Origin: Methanothrix sp.
GTDB lineage: Archaea; Halobacteriota; Methanosarcinia; Methanotrichales; Methanotrichaceae
NCBI GenBank assembly: GCA_037128175.1
Contig: JBAXWY010000004.1
Location: 64,001 to 128,000, forward strand
Direction: 5' to 3'
Length of the DNA: 64,000 nucleotides
Position numbers and translations under genes: made by a program. Under the pieces are notes generated by a model. That model was given only the letters and a program-made list of their open reading frames with translations, ran no database searches and was not told the DNA's origin. Below, one piece after another: positions 38,603 to 49,158 of the stretch (position 1 is its first letter; the number at the start of each line of letters is the position of its first letter).

Positions 38603-39385
38603 TCACAGGAGCAGGACGCTCCTGGTTAAAACAGCGATGGCTGTAGCTGCGGCCAAATATGCTGCTACCGCAAGAATCGCTCCGGGCTTCGCCCCCTCAG
38701 TCTGCTCCATGAGATCGAGCTTGCCGTCGTAACAGCGGGAGTCCATGGCCACGATGAGCCTCTCCCCCTGCTCCCAGGAGCGGAGGAATAGAACGCTGCA
38801 GAGCATGGCAAAAGAGTTCAGGGAATTTTTTGTTCCGGCATCTCCCAGGCGCATCATCTGGGCGCTGTGGATCATAGCCGCCTGGTCCAAAAAGACGAAG
38901 ATGTATCGATAAATCATCATGGACAGTTCAATGACCGACTGCGGTATGTGCAACGTTTTGAGCACGGCGAATATCTCAATCATGGGCGTGGTTAAAGCTA
39001 TGAAATACAAAGAGCACATGCCGCCAAAGGTCCGGGCGATAAGAAGAACGGCCAGGTTTGCTCCTTCCTCTCGGATGGCCAAATTAAGGCAGAAGAGTTG
39101 CACGGAAAATAGTGTCTGGCCGCTGCCATGCATGAAGGCCACCACGCCGGCGCTAAGCATTGCGAAGGAGAGGGGCACCAGCAGCAGCCGGGAATAGATG
39201 CGTCCGGGAATTTTGGCCAGCATCACAGTTATCAGGCTCATGGTTATGGCCACGAATAAAGGCGCGACCGGAGTCGAGGATGATACGCAAAGGAGAATGG
39301 CCCAGAGGCCCAAGAACAATTTGAGCCGGGCACTGGTCTCACGCAGGGCGTTGCTAATGGCGTAGTCGTCGAGAAGGTTATGCAT
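38603..39385 (-). CDS. cbiQ: ECF cobalt transporter T component
   Basis: TTPM, MIYRYIFVF, AMDSRCYDG; operon context. Confidence 0.9.
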   Translation of the reverse strand: MHNLLDDYAISNALRETSARLKLFLGLWAILLCVSSSTPVAPLFVAITMSLITVMLAKIPGRIYSRLLLVPLSFAMLSAGVVAFMHGSGQTLFSVQLFCLNLAIREEGANLAVLLIARTFGGMCSLYFIALTTPMIEIFAVLKTLHIPQSVIELSMMIYRYIFVFLDQAAMIHSAQMMRLGDAGTKNSLNSFAMLCSVLFLRSWEQGERLIVAMDSRCYDGKLDLMEQTEGAKPGAILAVAAYLAAATAIAVLTRSVLLL

Positions 39386-39707
39386 CCGACTTTCCTTCTT
39401 GCTCCGGGGCAGATTTATCTGCTTTTATCTTGGACATAGCCCGGTAGTAGCCTAAAAAATAGCCGATGATGAGACTGCCGATAGCTGCCTGCAGGGCAAA
39501 GAGAAGGCTCTCGATCTCGCCACTGGGAGGCTGGTAAATGGACTGGAACCATGGAATGTATGTGCCGCCGGTAAGAATGGAAATCACATCCTCTGCTTGG
39601 CTGTCTGCTCCACTCCACTCGTGATTTTGGGTAGAGCTGACATAAGCAAAGGCGGCGATGAAGAGCACGATGACGCTTAAAGTTAAAAGCTCCAGTTTTA
39701 TTTTCAT
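39378..39707 (-). CDS. cbiN: cobalt transport protein
   Basis: WSGADSQA, PWF..PPSGEIESLLFALQAAIG. Confidence 0.93.
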   Translation of the reverse strand: MKIKLELLTLSVIVLFIAAFAYVSSTQNHEWSGADSQAEDVISILTGGTYIPWFQSIYQPPSGEIESLLFALQAAIGSLIIGYFLGYYRAMSKIKADKSAPEQEGKSDA

Positions 39708-40399
39708 GTCAAAGCCTCCTTCAGCTTTTTTATCGTATTTTGGGAGACCACGTTCATTCTCACCAGCACATCGCTTCTCAGTTGAACGATGTATTTGAAC
39801 ATTAATGCCGTCACCATTCCTTCCACTATAGCCAGGGGAATCTGGGTTATGGCAAAGACGGCGGCAAATGCCTCAAAAGAGGCCAAGACTCCACCAGAAG
39901 TCGCCGGAAAGGCCAGAGCCAGCTGGACAGATGTGACAAGATAAGTGGCCCAATCAGCCAATGTCGCAGCCAGGAAAACAGCCAGATACAGATGCAGCCT
40001 GACTTTTGTGGCGGCTTTGTAGACCAGGTATCCGACAGCAGGACCGGCAATGCCCATGGAAAAGGTGTTGGCCCCGAGAGTGGTCAGGCCGCCGTGCGCC
40101 AGAAATACTGCCTGGTAGACCAGAACGATCATGGCCAGGACCGATGTTATCCAGGGGCCGAAAATTATGGAGCCCATTCCCGTACCGGTGGGATGAGAGC
40201 AGCTCCCAGTAACGGAGGGCAGCTTCAGAGAAGAGAGGACGAATACGAAAGCACCGGCCACGGCCAGCAAGGGCAGAGTCTCACGACTCTCCTTGATCAT
40301 CCTGTTCATTTTGTAGACACCAAAGGCAACTACTGGAAGGGAGAGCAGAAACCAGATCTCCCACCAGGGATGAGGAAGAAAACCCTCCATTATGTGCAT
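39704..40399 (-). CDS. cbiM: ECF cobalt transporter S component
   Basis: MHIMEGFLP N-terminus, GSCSHPTG, AHGGLTTLGAN. Confidence 0.96.
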   Translation of the reverse strand: MHIMEGFLPHPWWEIWFLLSLPVVAFGVYKMNRMIKESRETLPLLAVAGAFVFVLSSLKLPSVTGSCSHPTGTGMGSIIFGPWITSVLAMIVLVYQAVFLAHGGLTTLGANTFSMGIAGPAVGYLVYKAATKVRLHLYLAVFLAATLADWATYLVTSVQLALAFPATSGGVLASFEAFAAVFAITQIPLAIVEGMVTALMFKYIVQLRSDVLVRMNVVSQNTIKKLKEALT

Positions 40400-40573
40400 T
40401 GCAATGGCAAAGATATTCTGCCATATAAAGTTTTCTTGTGTTAGGATCAGATAAGTTTAACAAAGTGATAAATCTACCGATGCATCACTAAAACAGAAAA
40501 ATCTCATATTTCATCAGTTTCGCTCCAAGCATGAATCGCACTTAAATATTCAGCCTGTGCAAAGGAATCCATC

Positions 40574-41779
40574 TTGACCCAGATATTCACAGTCACCGAC
40601 CTGAATCAGAGGATAGCAGACCGCCTGGAGAACGATCCCCGCCTTCACGACCTCTGGGCACGAGGCGAGGTCTCCAACTACCTGCATCACCGGTCGGGGC
40701 ACAGGTATTTCACCCTCAAGGACCAGGGCTCTTCCATCTCCTGCGTTCTCTTCAAAGGCAGCGCCCTCTCCCTGGACATTGAACTGAAGGACGGCACAAA
40801 TGTTATGGTATTCGGAGACGTTGCCGTTTACAGGCCGCAGGGCAGAGTACAGCTGGTAGCTCGCGGCATAAAGCAGGATGAGGGGCTCGGTTTCCGGCAC
40901 CTGCAACTGGAGGCGCTAAAAAAGAAGCTGGCTGGAGAGGGGTTATTCGCCCTGGAGAGAAAGCGGGCGCTGCCTTTGTATCCGGAGCGGATCGGCATTG
41001 TCACCTCGCCCCAGGGAGCGGCACTGCAAGATGTTCTGCGAACCTTAGGCTCCTATCCCGCCCGAATCATCCTCTCTCCGGCCCAGGTGCAGGGAGAAGG
41101 AGCTGAGGAAAGCATTGCCTCTGCCATACTGGCCCTGCAAGGCCGGGCTGATGTAATCATAGTATGTCGCGGGGGCGGTTCGACTGAGGATTTGTGGTGC
41201 TTCAACTCTGAAATCGTAGCCCGTGCCATATTCGCCTGCGACGTGCCAGTCATCTCCGCAGTCGGGCACGAGACGGATGTAACCATTGCCGACTATGTGG
41301 CGGATACGCGAGCAGCGACACCTACCGCTGCGGCGAAGATGGCCGTGCCTGATGTGGAGGAATTGAAGGAGCGGCTCGCTACCACCCAGGTCAGAATAAT
41401 GCGAGCTCTCTGGACAAACCTGGAACGAAAAGAGGAGCGTCTGGAATATTTAAAGCACAATGTCTCCGCCAAAAGGATGTACTCTCTGGCGCGAGATGCT
41501 CGCCAGCGACTGGATATTCTTTGCCAAAGCCTGGATGCCGCTCAGGCGGATAAGATGCTGGCCCTGAAAAGCCGTCTGGAGCTGGCCAAAGGGCGCCTGA
41601 CGGCTGTGGGGCCGCGGGCCACCCTTCTGCGGGGCTATGCCATCGCACGCTCAGAGAAGGGCCTGATACTGCAAGCCCAGGACGCCCGGCCCGGTGAAGA
41701 GATAGAGTTGATCTTAGGGAGAGGAAGGCTGCGGTGCAGGGTGCTGGAATGCCGGGATGATGAAGAGGCTTCACTATGA
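40574..41779 (+). CDS. xseA: exodeoxyribonuclease VII large subunit
   Basis: GEVSN..SGHRYFTLKD, IVTSPQGAALQD, RGGGSTEDL, SAVGHETD..TPTAAA. Confidence 0.95.
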   Translation: MTQIFTVTDLNQRIADRLENDPRLHDLWARGEVSNYLHHRSGHRYFTLKDQGSSISCVLFKGSALSLDIELKDGTNVMVFGDVAVYRPQGRVQLVARGIKQDEGLGFRHLQLEALKKKLAGEGLFALERKRALPLYPERIGIVTSPQGAALQDVLRTLGSYPARIILSPAQVQGEGAEESIASAILALQGRADVIIVCRGGGSTEDLWCFNSEIVARAIFACDVPVISAVGHETDVTIADYVADTRAATPTAAAKMAVPDVEELKERLATTQVRIMRALWTNLERKEERLEYLKHNVSAKRMYSLARDARQRLDILCQSLDAAQADKMLALKSRLELAKGRLTAVGPRATLLRGYAIARSEKGLILQAQDARPGEEIELILGRGRLRCRVLECRDDEEASL

Positions 41780-41985
41780 AGAAGAATGAGATGGGCCTGG
41801 AAGAGGCACTGGACAGTCTGGAGCAGATTGTAGAGGTGCTGGAAGAAGGAAAGATGACTTTAGAGGAGAGTTTGGACCTGTATGAAAAAGGCATGAAGCT
41901 GGTCAAGCTCTGCAATGCCCGGTTGGAGGGCGCACAGAGAAGGATAGAGTCACTTACCGGAGAGCTGCCCACCGATCTGAGCTGA
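41776..41985 (+). CDS. xseB: exodeoxyribonuclease VII small subunit
   Basis: LEEALDSLEQIVEVLEEG..LEESLDLYEKGMKL..C. Confidence 0.93.
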   Translation: MKKNEMGLEEALDSLEQIVEVLEEGKMTLEESLDLYEKGMKLVKLCNARLEGAQRRIESLTGELPTDLS

Positions 41986-42066
41986 TAAGTTTAAATACAA
42001 CCAATGATGTACTTTTTCATACATCATAGTATTGATTAGTACATTTAAAAGCAAGCCGGTGATCCT

Positions 42067-43263
42067 TTGCATACAGAGATATCCGAAAAAGCAGCAGTCA
42101 AGTTCGGCAGGTACGGGGGCCTCTTTGTGCCCGAGACGCTGGTGCCGCCTCTGGCGGAGCTGGCGAAAGCTTACCAGCGCCTCATGAAGAGCGAAGATTT
42201 CAAAGAAGAGTTGAACCTGGCTCTTAAAACCTTTGCCGGTAGGCCGACCCCCCTCTACTATGCCCGAAACCTCAGCCAAAAACTGGGTCGCAAGGTCTAC
42301 CTGAAGAGAGAGGATCTGGTGCACGGCGGTGCGCACAAGCTCAACAATACCCTGGGCCAGGCACTGGTGGCCAAGAAGATGGGCAAGACCCGGCTCATCG
42401 CTGAAACGGGCGCCGGCCAGCATGGCGTGGCCACGGCCATTGTAGGAGCCAATCTGGGTTTTGAGACCCAGGTCTACATGGGCGAGGTGGACATCGAGCG
42501 GCAGAAGATGAATGTCTACCGCATGCAGCTCATGGGGGCAGAGGTCATACCCGTGCGCTCCGGGTCGCGGACCCTCAAGGACGCCATCAACGAGGCCATG
42601 CGAGACTGGGCATCCAGCTTTGATCAAACCCATTATCTGCTGGGCACGGCGGCGGGCGCTCATCCCTTCCCCAGCATGGTGCGCGACTTTCAGAGCGTCA
42701 TAGGCAAAGAGGCGAGAAGCCAGATCCTGCAAGCAGAAGGCCGACTGCCGGACAGCATTACGGCCTGCGTGGGCGGAGGCAGCAATGCCATGGGCATCTT
42801 CGCTCCATTCCTGCTGGACGAGGACGTTCGGCTTTTGGCTGTGGAGGCGGGCGGACGAGGCCTTGGCAAGACGGATAGAATTGCGGACCACGGAGCCAGT
42901 CTGGGTCTGGGCACAGACGGCATTTTGCATGGCGCTCTAACCAAAATTTTGCAGGACCCCTACGGCCAAATTCTGGAGTCCTATTCCGTGGCGGCAGGCC
43001 TGGACTATCCCGGTGTGGGCCCGGAGCTGGCTTTTTTGGCGGAGAAGGGGCGCGTGCTGACCAGGATCGCTGATGATAAGACGGCCATGCGAGGATTTCA
43101 TGCCCTCTCCAAACTGGAGGGCATCATCCCGGCTCTGGAGTCGGCGCACGCCGTGGGCTATGCCCTGCAGGAGCCGCAGGCCCTGGGAGATCTGGCCATC
43201 ATCAATATCTCCGGTCGCGGTGACAAGGATCTGGCAACGGTGATGGACTATGAAAATCTCTGA
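42067..43263 (+). CDS. trpB: tryptophan synthase beta chain
   Basis: [48 protein letters not shown]. Confidence 0.97.
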   Translation: MHTEISEKAAVKFGRYGGLFVPETLVPPLAELAKAYQRLMKSEDFKEELNLALKTFAGRPTPLYYARNLSQKLGRKVYLKREDLVHGGAHKLNNTLGQALVAKKMGKTRLIAETGAGQHGVATAIVGANLGFETQVYMGEVDIERQKMNVYRMQLMGAEVIPVRSGSRTLKDAINEAMRDWASSFDQTHYLLGTAAGAHPFPSMVRDFQSVIGKEARSQILQAEGRLPDSITACVGGGSNAMGIFAPFLLDEDVRLLAVEAGGRGLGKTDRIADHGASLGLGTDGILHGALTKILQDPYGQILESYSVAAGLDYPGVGPELAFLAEKGRVLTRIADDKTAMRGFHALSKLEGIIPALESAHAVGYALQEPQALGDLAIINISGRGDKDLATVMDYENL

Positions 43264-44035
43264 AGCATTTATTGCAGCGCCCTTGCTCATTGTTTACATC
43301 TGCGCAGGGGACCCGGCGCCGGCTGCAACGCCCGATCTGGTGCGGCGACTGGCTGCCGCCGGGGCGGATATCATTGAGCTGGGACTGCCTCACTCTGACC
43401 CAATAGCGGACGGCCCGACCATCCAGGCGGCAGCGCAAAGAGCCATCGCCGCCGGCATGAACACTGATGTCTATTTCCAAAAGGCCGCCGAGGCAGATGT
43501 CGCCATCCCCAAGATCTTCATGGGCTATTACAACATGGTTTATGCCCGCGGCCTGGACCGGTTTGCAGAGGACTGCGCCCGTTCGGGCATAACGGGCATG
43601 ATTGTGCCCGACCTGCCCCCCGAGGAGGCCGGACCTCTGCAAGAGGCCTGCGCCAAATTCGACGTGGACCTGATCTTCCTGGCTGCGCCCAACACCCCTG
43701 CCGGGCGGCTGAAGATGATCGAAAAAGAGACTTCGGGCTTTCTTTATCTGGTGGCCCGCACGGGCGTGACTGGTGCACAAAGCGATATCCTGCAAAGCAC
43801 GCGCGACCTCATAGCTCGCGTTCCGGGCAGCAAGCCCAAGGCTGTCGGCTTTGGCATCTCCACTCCCGCCCAGGCCGCTGAAGTGATTGCCGCCGGAGCA
43901 GATGCCGCCATTGTGGGCTCGGTCTGCGTGGACCTGATCGCACGGGGAGAAGTGGAGAAGCTGGAGCAGCTCGTCCGCGACATGAAAGCGGCGGTAGTGG
44001 CGGCAGGAAAGAGCAAAGCTCCAATAGTTGTCTGA
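43250..44035 (+). CDS. trpA: tryptophan synthase alpha chain
   Basis: [36 protein letters not shown]. Confidence 0.96.
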   Translation: MKISEAFIAAPLLIVYICAGDPAPAATPDLVRRLAAAGADIIELGLPHSDPIADGPTIQAAAQRAIAAGMNTDVYFQKAAEADVAIPKIFMGYYNMVYARGLDRFAEDCARSGITGMIVPDLPPEEAGPLQEACAKFDVDLIFLAAPNTPAGRLKMIEKETSGFLYLVARTGVTGAQSDILQSTRDLIARVPGSKPKAVGFGISTPAQAAEVIAAGADAAIVGSVCVDLIARGEVEKLEQLVRDMKAAVVAAGKSKAPIVV

Positions 44036-44048
44036 AGGATTTACCTCT

Positions 44049-44666
44049 ATGGACGAAGTGCAACATAAATTTGTGGAAAAGACGAGGCGAGACCTGGAAA
44101 ACGGCAGTAATGTCACCATTGTAGCCTTCGGCGACTCCATCACCGCCGGCTACTGCGTGCGGCGCGGCTTTCCTTCTTTCTGGAAAGCATTGCTGGCTGA
44201 GAAGTATCCCGACTCGAGAGTGGAAATGATCAATTCCGGCTTCTCCGGAGACACGAACATGGACGGCCTGGCCCGGCTGGACTGGGCGGTTCTCGCTTAC
44301 GAACCTGACCTGGTCACCATCAACTTCGGCATCAACGACTGCGTGCTCGGTCTGGATTTGGAGGAGTTCGAGATGAACTTCGTAGAGATGGTGCGGCGCA
44401 TCCGGGCCGGCCCCAACTCGGAGATACTCCTATTATCCTCCCAGCCCCTGGAGACGCCGCCCTACGATCGGCTGGTGCAAGACTACTATCAGGCCGTCGA
44501 GCGGGTGGCGAAGCAGATGGATGTGGGATTTGTGGATGTTTACGGGGCCTGGATGCGGCACGTTCACGCGGGCACGCCCCTGGGGAGCCTCATCCTGCCG
44601 GGCCTGGACCACCCCAACGAGGCCGGCTACAAAATCATAGCAGAGGAGTTGATGAGGCTATTCTAA
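44049..44666 (+). CDS. SGNH/GDSL hydrolase
   Basis: FGDSITAG, NSGFSG, FGINDC, DHPNEAGY. Confidence 0.9.
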   Translation: MDEVQHKFVEKTRRDLENGSNVTIVAFGDSITAGYCVRRGFPSFWKALLAEKYPDSRVEMINSGFSGDTNMDGLARLDWAVLAYEPDLVTINFGINDCVLGLDLEEFEMNFVEMVRRIRAGPNSEILLLSSQPLETPPYDRLVQDYYQAVERVAKQMDVGFVDVYGAWMRHVHAGTPLGSLILPGLDHPNEAGYKIIAEELMRLF

Positions 44667-45362
44667 TCAATAAGCTTCTCCCGTGTAGCCGCACATGCCC
44701 ATGCGCGGGGAGTTGACCACCGGCAGTAGCATATCCTCTCCGCACTCGTGCCTTTCTGCGCAGTCCTCGCAGACAAAGCCGGTGCCTTCATCGATGCACT
44801 GGCAGCAAACGGCAACTGCCGGTTTGCCGCAGCTTTCGCATCTTATGTCAGGAGGAGTGTTTTGGGCCATGATCCTCACTGCTTTTCCCTGTGCCAGGCC
44901 TTGCCTGGCGGATATCACCTTTAGCGAAAGTTCAGTTGAGGTTCCGAAGTCGTAAGTGTGCTCGAACTTCATTCCCGGCCCGATGGCTTTCCCAATGCGT
45001 TTGTTCATGCTTAGATCACCCGGCTCCATTATTTCGGAGAAGAATGTCTCGCCTGCGATCTCGAAGCTACTGAGATGGCCGCAGCATTCCAGCCAGGTTC
45101 GGCGCAAGAAATCATCCAAATCCGTCAGGGTGGCATCGGCAGGAATCTCGATATGCATCCAGTACATCGGTCTGTCGCGACCCACCACCTGCAAATGAAG
45201 GATAGTTCTTTTGGCGCTGCCTTTGGGGGAACTGCTGGCATCAGATTCGTCTTCCTTCTGCCTTGCTTTGCAGGCCATTAAATGCCGGGCCATGGCCGAC
45301 TTGGCATAGCTTCCCTGGCAATAGCTGCAGTTTCCACTTGAGCTTTGTCGAGTCATTTTCAT
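44667..45362 (-). CDS. pRiA4b ORF-3-like Cys-rich protein
   Basis: TLTDLDDFLRRTWLECCGHLSSF, YDFGTSTEL; terminal Cys clusters. Confidence 0.75.
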   Translation of the reverse strand: MKMTRQSSSGNCSYCQGSYAKSAMARHLMACKARQKEDESDASSSPKGSAKRTILHLQVVGRDRPMYWMHIEIPADATLTDLDDFLRRTWLECCGHLSSFEIAGETFFSEIMEPGDLSMNKRIGKAIGPGMKFEHTYDFGTSTELSLKVISARQGLAQGKAVRIMAQNTPPDIRCESCGKPAVAVCCQCIDEGTGFVCEDCAERHECGEDMLLPVVNSPRMGMCGYTGEAY

Positions 45363-45451
45363 CCCTCAGATACATCCCGTAGATAATTCAAAATCAAAAA
45401 CTCTTCGCAGCACGCAAAAAGTTGAACTTCTGAAACCGAGAGGACTTCATC

Positions 45452-45640
45452 ATGAAGCTAGAGAAGATCCGGGAGGTATGCCCGGTCTGCGGCAGCGCTG
45501 ACCTGTATTACGAGGCGGGCGGCTACACCGGCAAAATCTACCGCTGCAAGAACTGTGATTACATGGGCGCTTTGATCGTGGAAGCGGACGAAGAGATGGC
45601 CAGAGCCATAAGAGAGGACTACGAGCAAAATAAGAAATAA
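45452..45640 (+). CDS. small zinc-ribbon protein
   Basis: CPVCGS...YRCKNCDYMG. Confidence 0.75.
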   Translation: MKLEKIREVCPVCGSADLYYEAGGYTGKIYRCKNCDYMGALIVEADEEMARAIREDYEQNKK

Positions 45641-45834
45641 TAATTCTCGGCAGCTCTTTGACCCTCTTTAGTTGTCACCACTTCTGGCAGGATTAGGTAA
45701 GATTTATATAGCCATAGTATCTTAATACGTCAAATGTCGTAATCGTGGTAAGTGACAACCGTCAGATGCAGGTGATCCACCCAAGATAGAAAAATCATCT
45801 GCCATTAGCTTAAAAAAATGGAGATTCGCAAAAT

Positions 45835-46560
45835 ATGAAGTCCTCAATCAAATCCCTGATACTGGTGGCCTCTGTGGCTCTTTGCCTAATGGCCATGCCA
45901 GCGTTTTCAGCACCGTCTGATAGCCAAAACAACACATCCAGCATTGGATGCAAGCTTACAGGCGACACGGGCAGGTTCCCTGATATTGCCGCACATAATG
46001 CTTCCAACTCGCTGCCGGTATCAGCCCACTACTCGGGCAGCGGTTTTGCCACGAGCGACAGCCAGTACCACACCATCAAAATGAATATTGTGGGCGTAAT
46101 CGAGTTCGATATCGCGAAGATCAACGGACTCATCTCCGATAACAAGACCCTTGCACAGATTAAGTCAGATGTGCAGTCCGAGATATATTCTGAGATGGAT
46201 GCGGCACAGTATAACGGAACCCTGGTGCTTGGAAATGAATATTTCCTTCTTTCCAACATCAGGTCCAAGACGACAAGTGATGATAATTCCACAATAGATG
46301 CCGATGTTGCAGGCCCGATAACATTTGAGGATAAGAGCAATTCAACCGATGTTGTAGGCCATATCGCTTTGGTCGTCTTAAATCATGAGAATAGCATCAT
46401 AGGAGAGGGTAAGTTGACCATGAACAATGGCAATTACAATGGCGAATATGATGCCCTGATCAAAATGAATTCCGGAAGCAATGATTTTGATAGAGCCGGA
46501 ATGAGACAGTGCAAAATGAAATGCATGGACGGAATGAAAGACGAGCACTGCAAAATTTGA
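45835..46560 (+). CDS. hypothetical secreted protein
   Basis: signal peptide ending AFS-A; several N-x-S/T sequons. Confidence 0.7.
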   Translation: MKSSIKSLILVASVALCLMAMPAFSAPSDSQNNTSSIGCKLTGDTGRFPDIAAHNASNSLPVSAHYSGSGFATSDSQYHTIKMNIVGVIEFDIAKINGLISDNKTLAQIKSDVQSEIYSEMDAAQYNGTLVLGNEYFLLSNIRSKTTSDDNSTIDADVAGPITFEDKSNSTDVVGHIALVVLNHENSIIGEGKLTMNNGNYNGEYDALIKMNSGSNDFDRAGMRQCKMKCMDGMKDEHCKI

Positions 46561-46633
46561 AAAAAAGATTATCTGGTAGCAGTTCCCGATTGTTGGTAAA
46601 CCCGCCAACCAGATCCCTCATTTTTTAGCATTA

Positions 46634-47479
46634 TCAGGCACCCTGTTTTTCATCCTCAGCGACTCTCTTCTGCACTTTGATCACCTCTGCCCCGAAGAGG
46701 AAGATCTGGGCAGAGTAGTAGATCCAGAAGAGAAATATCACCAGAGATCCGGCTGCTCCGTAGGCGGAGCCCAAGTTGACTATGCTCACATAGGCCTCGA
46801 TGCAAAAGTTTCCTGCTGCAAACAAAAGAGCTGCCAGAGCCGAGCCGGGAAGCACCTCTCGCCACTGCAGCTTCACCTCGATCAGAGTCTTGAAGGTGGC
46901 GGCAAAGAGCAAAGTCACAAAGGAAAAGGAGACCAGGAATGTGAGAAGACGGAGCAGCCCCAGGTGAATGGGCAGAGACTCCTCGATCTGCTTTCCTGCA
47001 GGCAGGAGAAGAGCGGTAAAGATGGATGTGGCCAGCAGCAGAAAGGCGACCAGGGCGATGAGCAGGTATGAGCGCAGGTAAGAGAGGACGGTGTCCATGA
47101 GCGGGACGACTTTTTCCGGGATCTTCCAGATGAGTCGAAAGGCCTTCCTGGTATGAACGAAGAGACCGGCAGCACCAAAAAGCAAGAGACCAACGCTTAG
47201 CAGAGTAAATGGGTAGGACGCAGCCTGATCAGAAGCCTGGTCGATCAGCTCGCTTGCCACTCCAGGCATCTGCTGGCCCACCAGATCCTGAGAGGTGGCC
47301 ACCACCTGGCTGTCGAGAAATCCATGCGAGAATAAAGAATTTATAAATATTAATGATAATATGAGTAGCGGGACGAAAGAGAAGAGGCCATAGTAGGCGA
47401 GAGCCGCCGCCAGTAGCGAAGCATCGTCTTTGAGCCACTCTTTAATGGCTTCACTAAGAAGATAGAATATATTTTTCAT
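46634..47479 (-). CDS. YihY/BrkB family membrane protein
   Basis: AAALAYYGLFS, SAYGAAGSLVIFLFWIYYSAQIFLFGAE; ATG 47479 overlaps the upstream TGA. Confidence 0.9.
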   Translation of the reverse strand: MKNIFYLLSEAIKEWLKDDASLLAAALAYYGLFSFVPLLILSLIFINSLFSHGFLDSQVVATSQDLVGQQMPGVASELIDQASDQAASYPFTLLSVGLLLFGAAGLFVHTRKAFRLIWKIPEKVVPLMDTVLSYLRSYLLIALVAFLLLATSIFTALLLPAGKQIEESLPIHLGLLRLLTFLVSFSFVTLLFAATFKTLIEVKLQWREVLPGSALAALLFAAGNFCIEAYVSIVNLGSAYGAAGSLVIFLFWIYYSAQIFLFGAEVIKVQKRVAEDEKQGA

Positions 47480-48198
47480 CTGTAGAGAGCCAATCCTATG
47501 AGAGAGACTAACCACTCATTAAAATGCTTACATTCATTGCTTATGTTATCAATGCCGATGCGCTTTGCTATACGAGATCCAAATACATATTTATTATAAA
47601 AGTAATACAAGTTTAATAATCTTTTCGACGGGGCAGTTTCCGCGCCGTCATTGATATCTTCTGGCGTAGCAAATTGGCTACGAATATCTCTTAACTTATC
47701 AAGTTGGGACCTATCTTGATACGGTCTCATAACTTCGTCTATTACCTCTATATTGCTAAATAATAATCCTTCAAACTCAGGTAGTTGAATGTAGGGAATA
47801 AAATGAGAATTATTTATTTCTTTTCTAAATCCGTCTTCAATTACTTTTACTTTTTTATACGGATTGGACTTGCGCATCGCTTCATCGAATCTAGGAAAGT
47901 CGTTTGGCAATGCGTAAAGATCAAACATGGTTGTCAAATAAGCACTTTTATCTTCAGTCAGCCATCGATTAATATCGCGTCTCACCTTTTCAAAATTTTG
48001 AACGCCTCCACGATAGATTCTTACCTGTTTTCCTGGTTTATAATAATCTACATTTCGCAGTTGCTTTCGACTTGTTTCGACCCTACGTGCACTGACAAAT
48101 ATATATTTTTCAGCAAAAGATTCGTTAAGTACATCACGAACGAATATTTCTTCGGTTGTGCCTTCTACAATAAAATTTAGGCGGATGCTATTCTGCAC
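47476..48198 (-). CDS. DUF4276 family protein
   Basis: FIVEGTTEEIFV, TTMFDLYALP, PYIQLPEFEGLLFS, PEDIND..TAPSKRL, CKHFNEW; AT-rich. Confidence 0.85.
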   Translation of the reverse strand: MQNSIRLNFIVEGTTEEIFVRDVLNESFAEKYIFVSARRVETSRKQLRNVDYYKPGKQVRIYRGGVQNFEKVRRDINRWLTEDKSAYLTTMFDLYALPNDFPRFDEAMRKSNPYKKVKVIEDGFRKEINNSHFIPYIQLPEFEGLLFSNIEVIDEVMRPYQDRSQLDKLRDIRSQFATPEDINDGAETAPSKRLLNLYYFYNKYVFGSRIAKRIGIDNISNECKHFNEWLVSLIGLALYR

Positions 48199-49112
48199 TA
48201 CGGTCTACCACCCAAAACGTTCTTTTCCCATAGCTCACCAAGGGCATATTCCTCTAGCCAGGCATCCAATTTCTCAGAATCAATTCGCTCAATTACAGTA
48301 GACGGCATTTCCGGCTGAAGCAATAGTGTTGCCAGGCAAATAAAGCGCAGCGTTCCATCCGAGAGGTGATAGACTTGAAAGGGAAAATCAGATCCCTTTT
48401 CTCGCCACTCCAGGCGAATCATATTCTCATTTTCAGGATGTGGGCGCAAGAGGAAATCATCAAAAAATGGGGTAACCAATCGTACCGTATCTCGGATTGC
48501 TGAGAAATGTTCTTTTTTTGTGCTCTGAAGCATGTAAAGAAATGCTGCCAGATTGCTGGCGTCATGTCTTAAATAGATATTATCATTTATATCTCTTGAT
48601 TTTTTAACCGCTGCAGATTCGCTTGTATCATTAAAGTGATAGACTTTCCAGCTTTTGAGACTGTCGAGCACATACGCATCTATATTTGTAGGATTATTAC
48701 TTGTGCCATATTTGGATCTTATTGCGAGTTTGCTCTCTTTATGTCCAGATCCCATATAATGTTTTGTTGGATGTCCATATGCATCTAAGGAACAAACCTC
48801 TTCATCAAAGAATAATTCATCATTAACAGTAGGTAACCAAGTACATTCGTATGCATTTTGGCCGAAATTAAGTTTAACGTAAATATTCTTTGTTACCTTT
48901 TGTCCATAATATAGAAAATATTCTGCACTACCAGCTTTGGTTACGAAAGACTGAAATTTCCCCTCAACAATATGATTTAGCAGTTCAAATAGAGCGATGA
49001 AGTTGCTTTTGCCCGCACCGTTAGCGCCGATTAGCACGTTCAGTGGACTCAAATCCAATTCGAGCTTACGAATTGATTTAAAACCCGTTACTTCAATGCG
49101 GTCCAGCTTCAT
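48198..49112 (-). pseudogene. AAA_21-type ABC ATPase with an apparent in-frame deletion of the Walker B/H-loop region
   Basis: GANGAGKS and LSDGTLR present, but no DEPE; PSTVI joins directly to the C-terminal ..LGELWEKNVLGGRP. Confidence 0.75.
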
Positions 49113-49158
49113 TTGGCGTGCTCCCAGCTAATTTTTAGAAAAAAGGATCATGGGAAGC

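Noticed and set aside
44667-45362. IS element suggested by the pRiA4b ORF-3/IS-passenger-like gene
   Set aside because: No transposase, terminal inverted repeats or target duplication seen.
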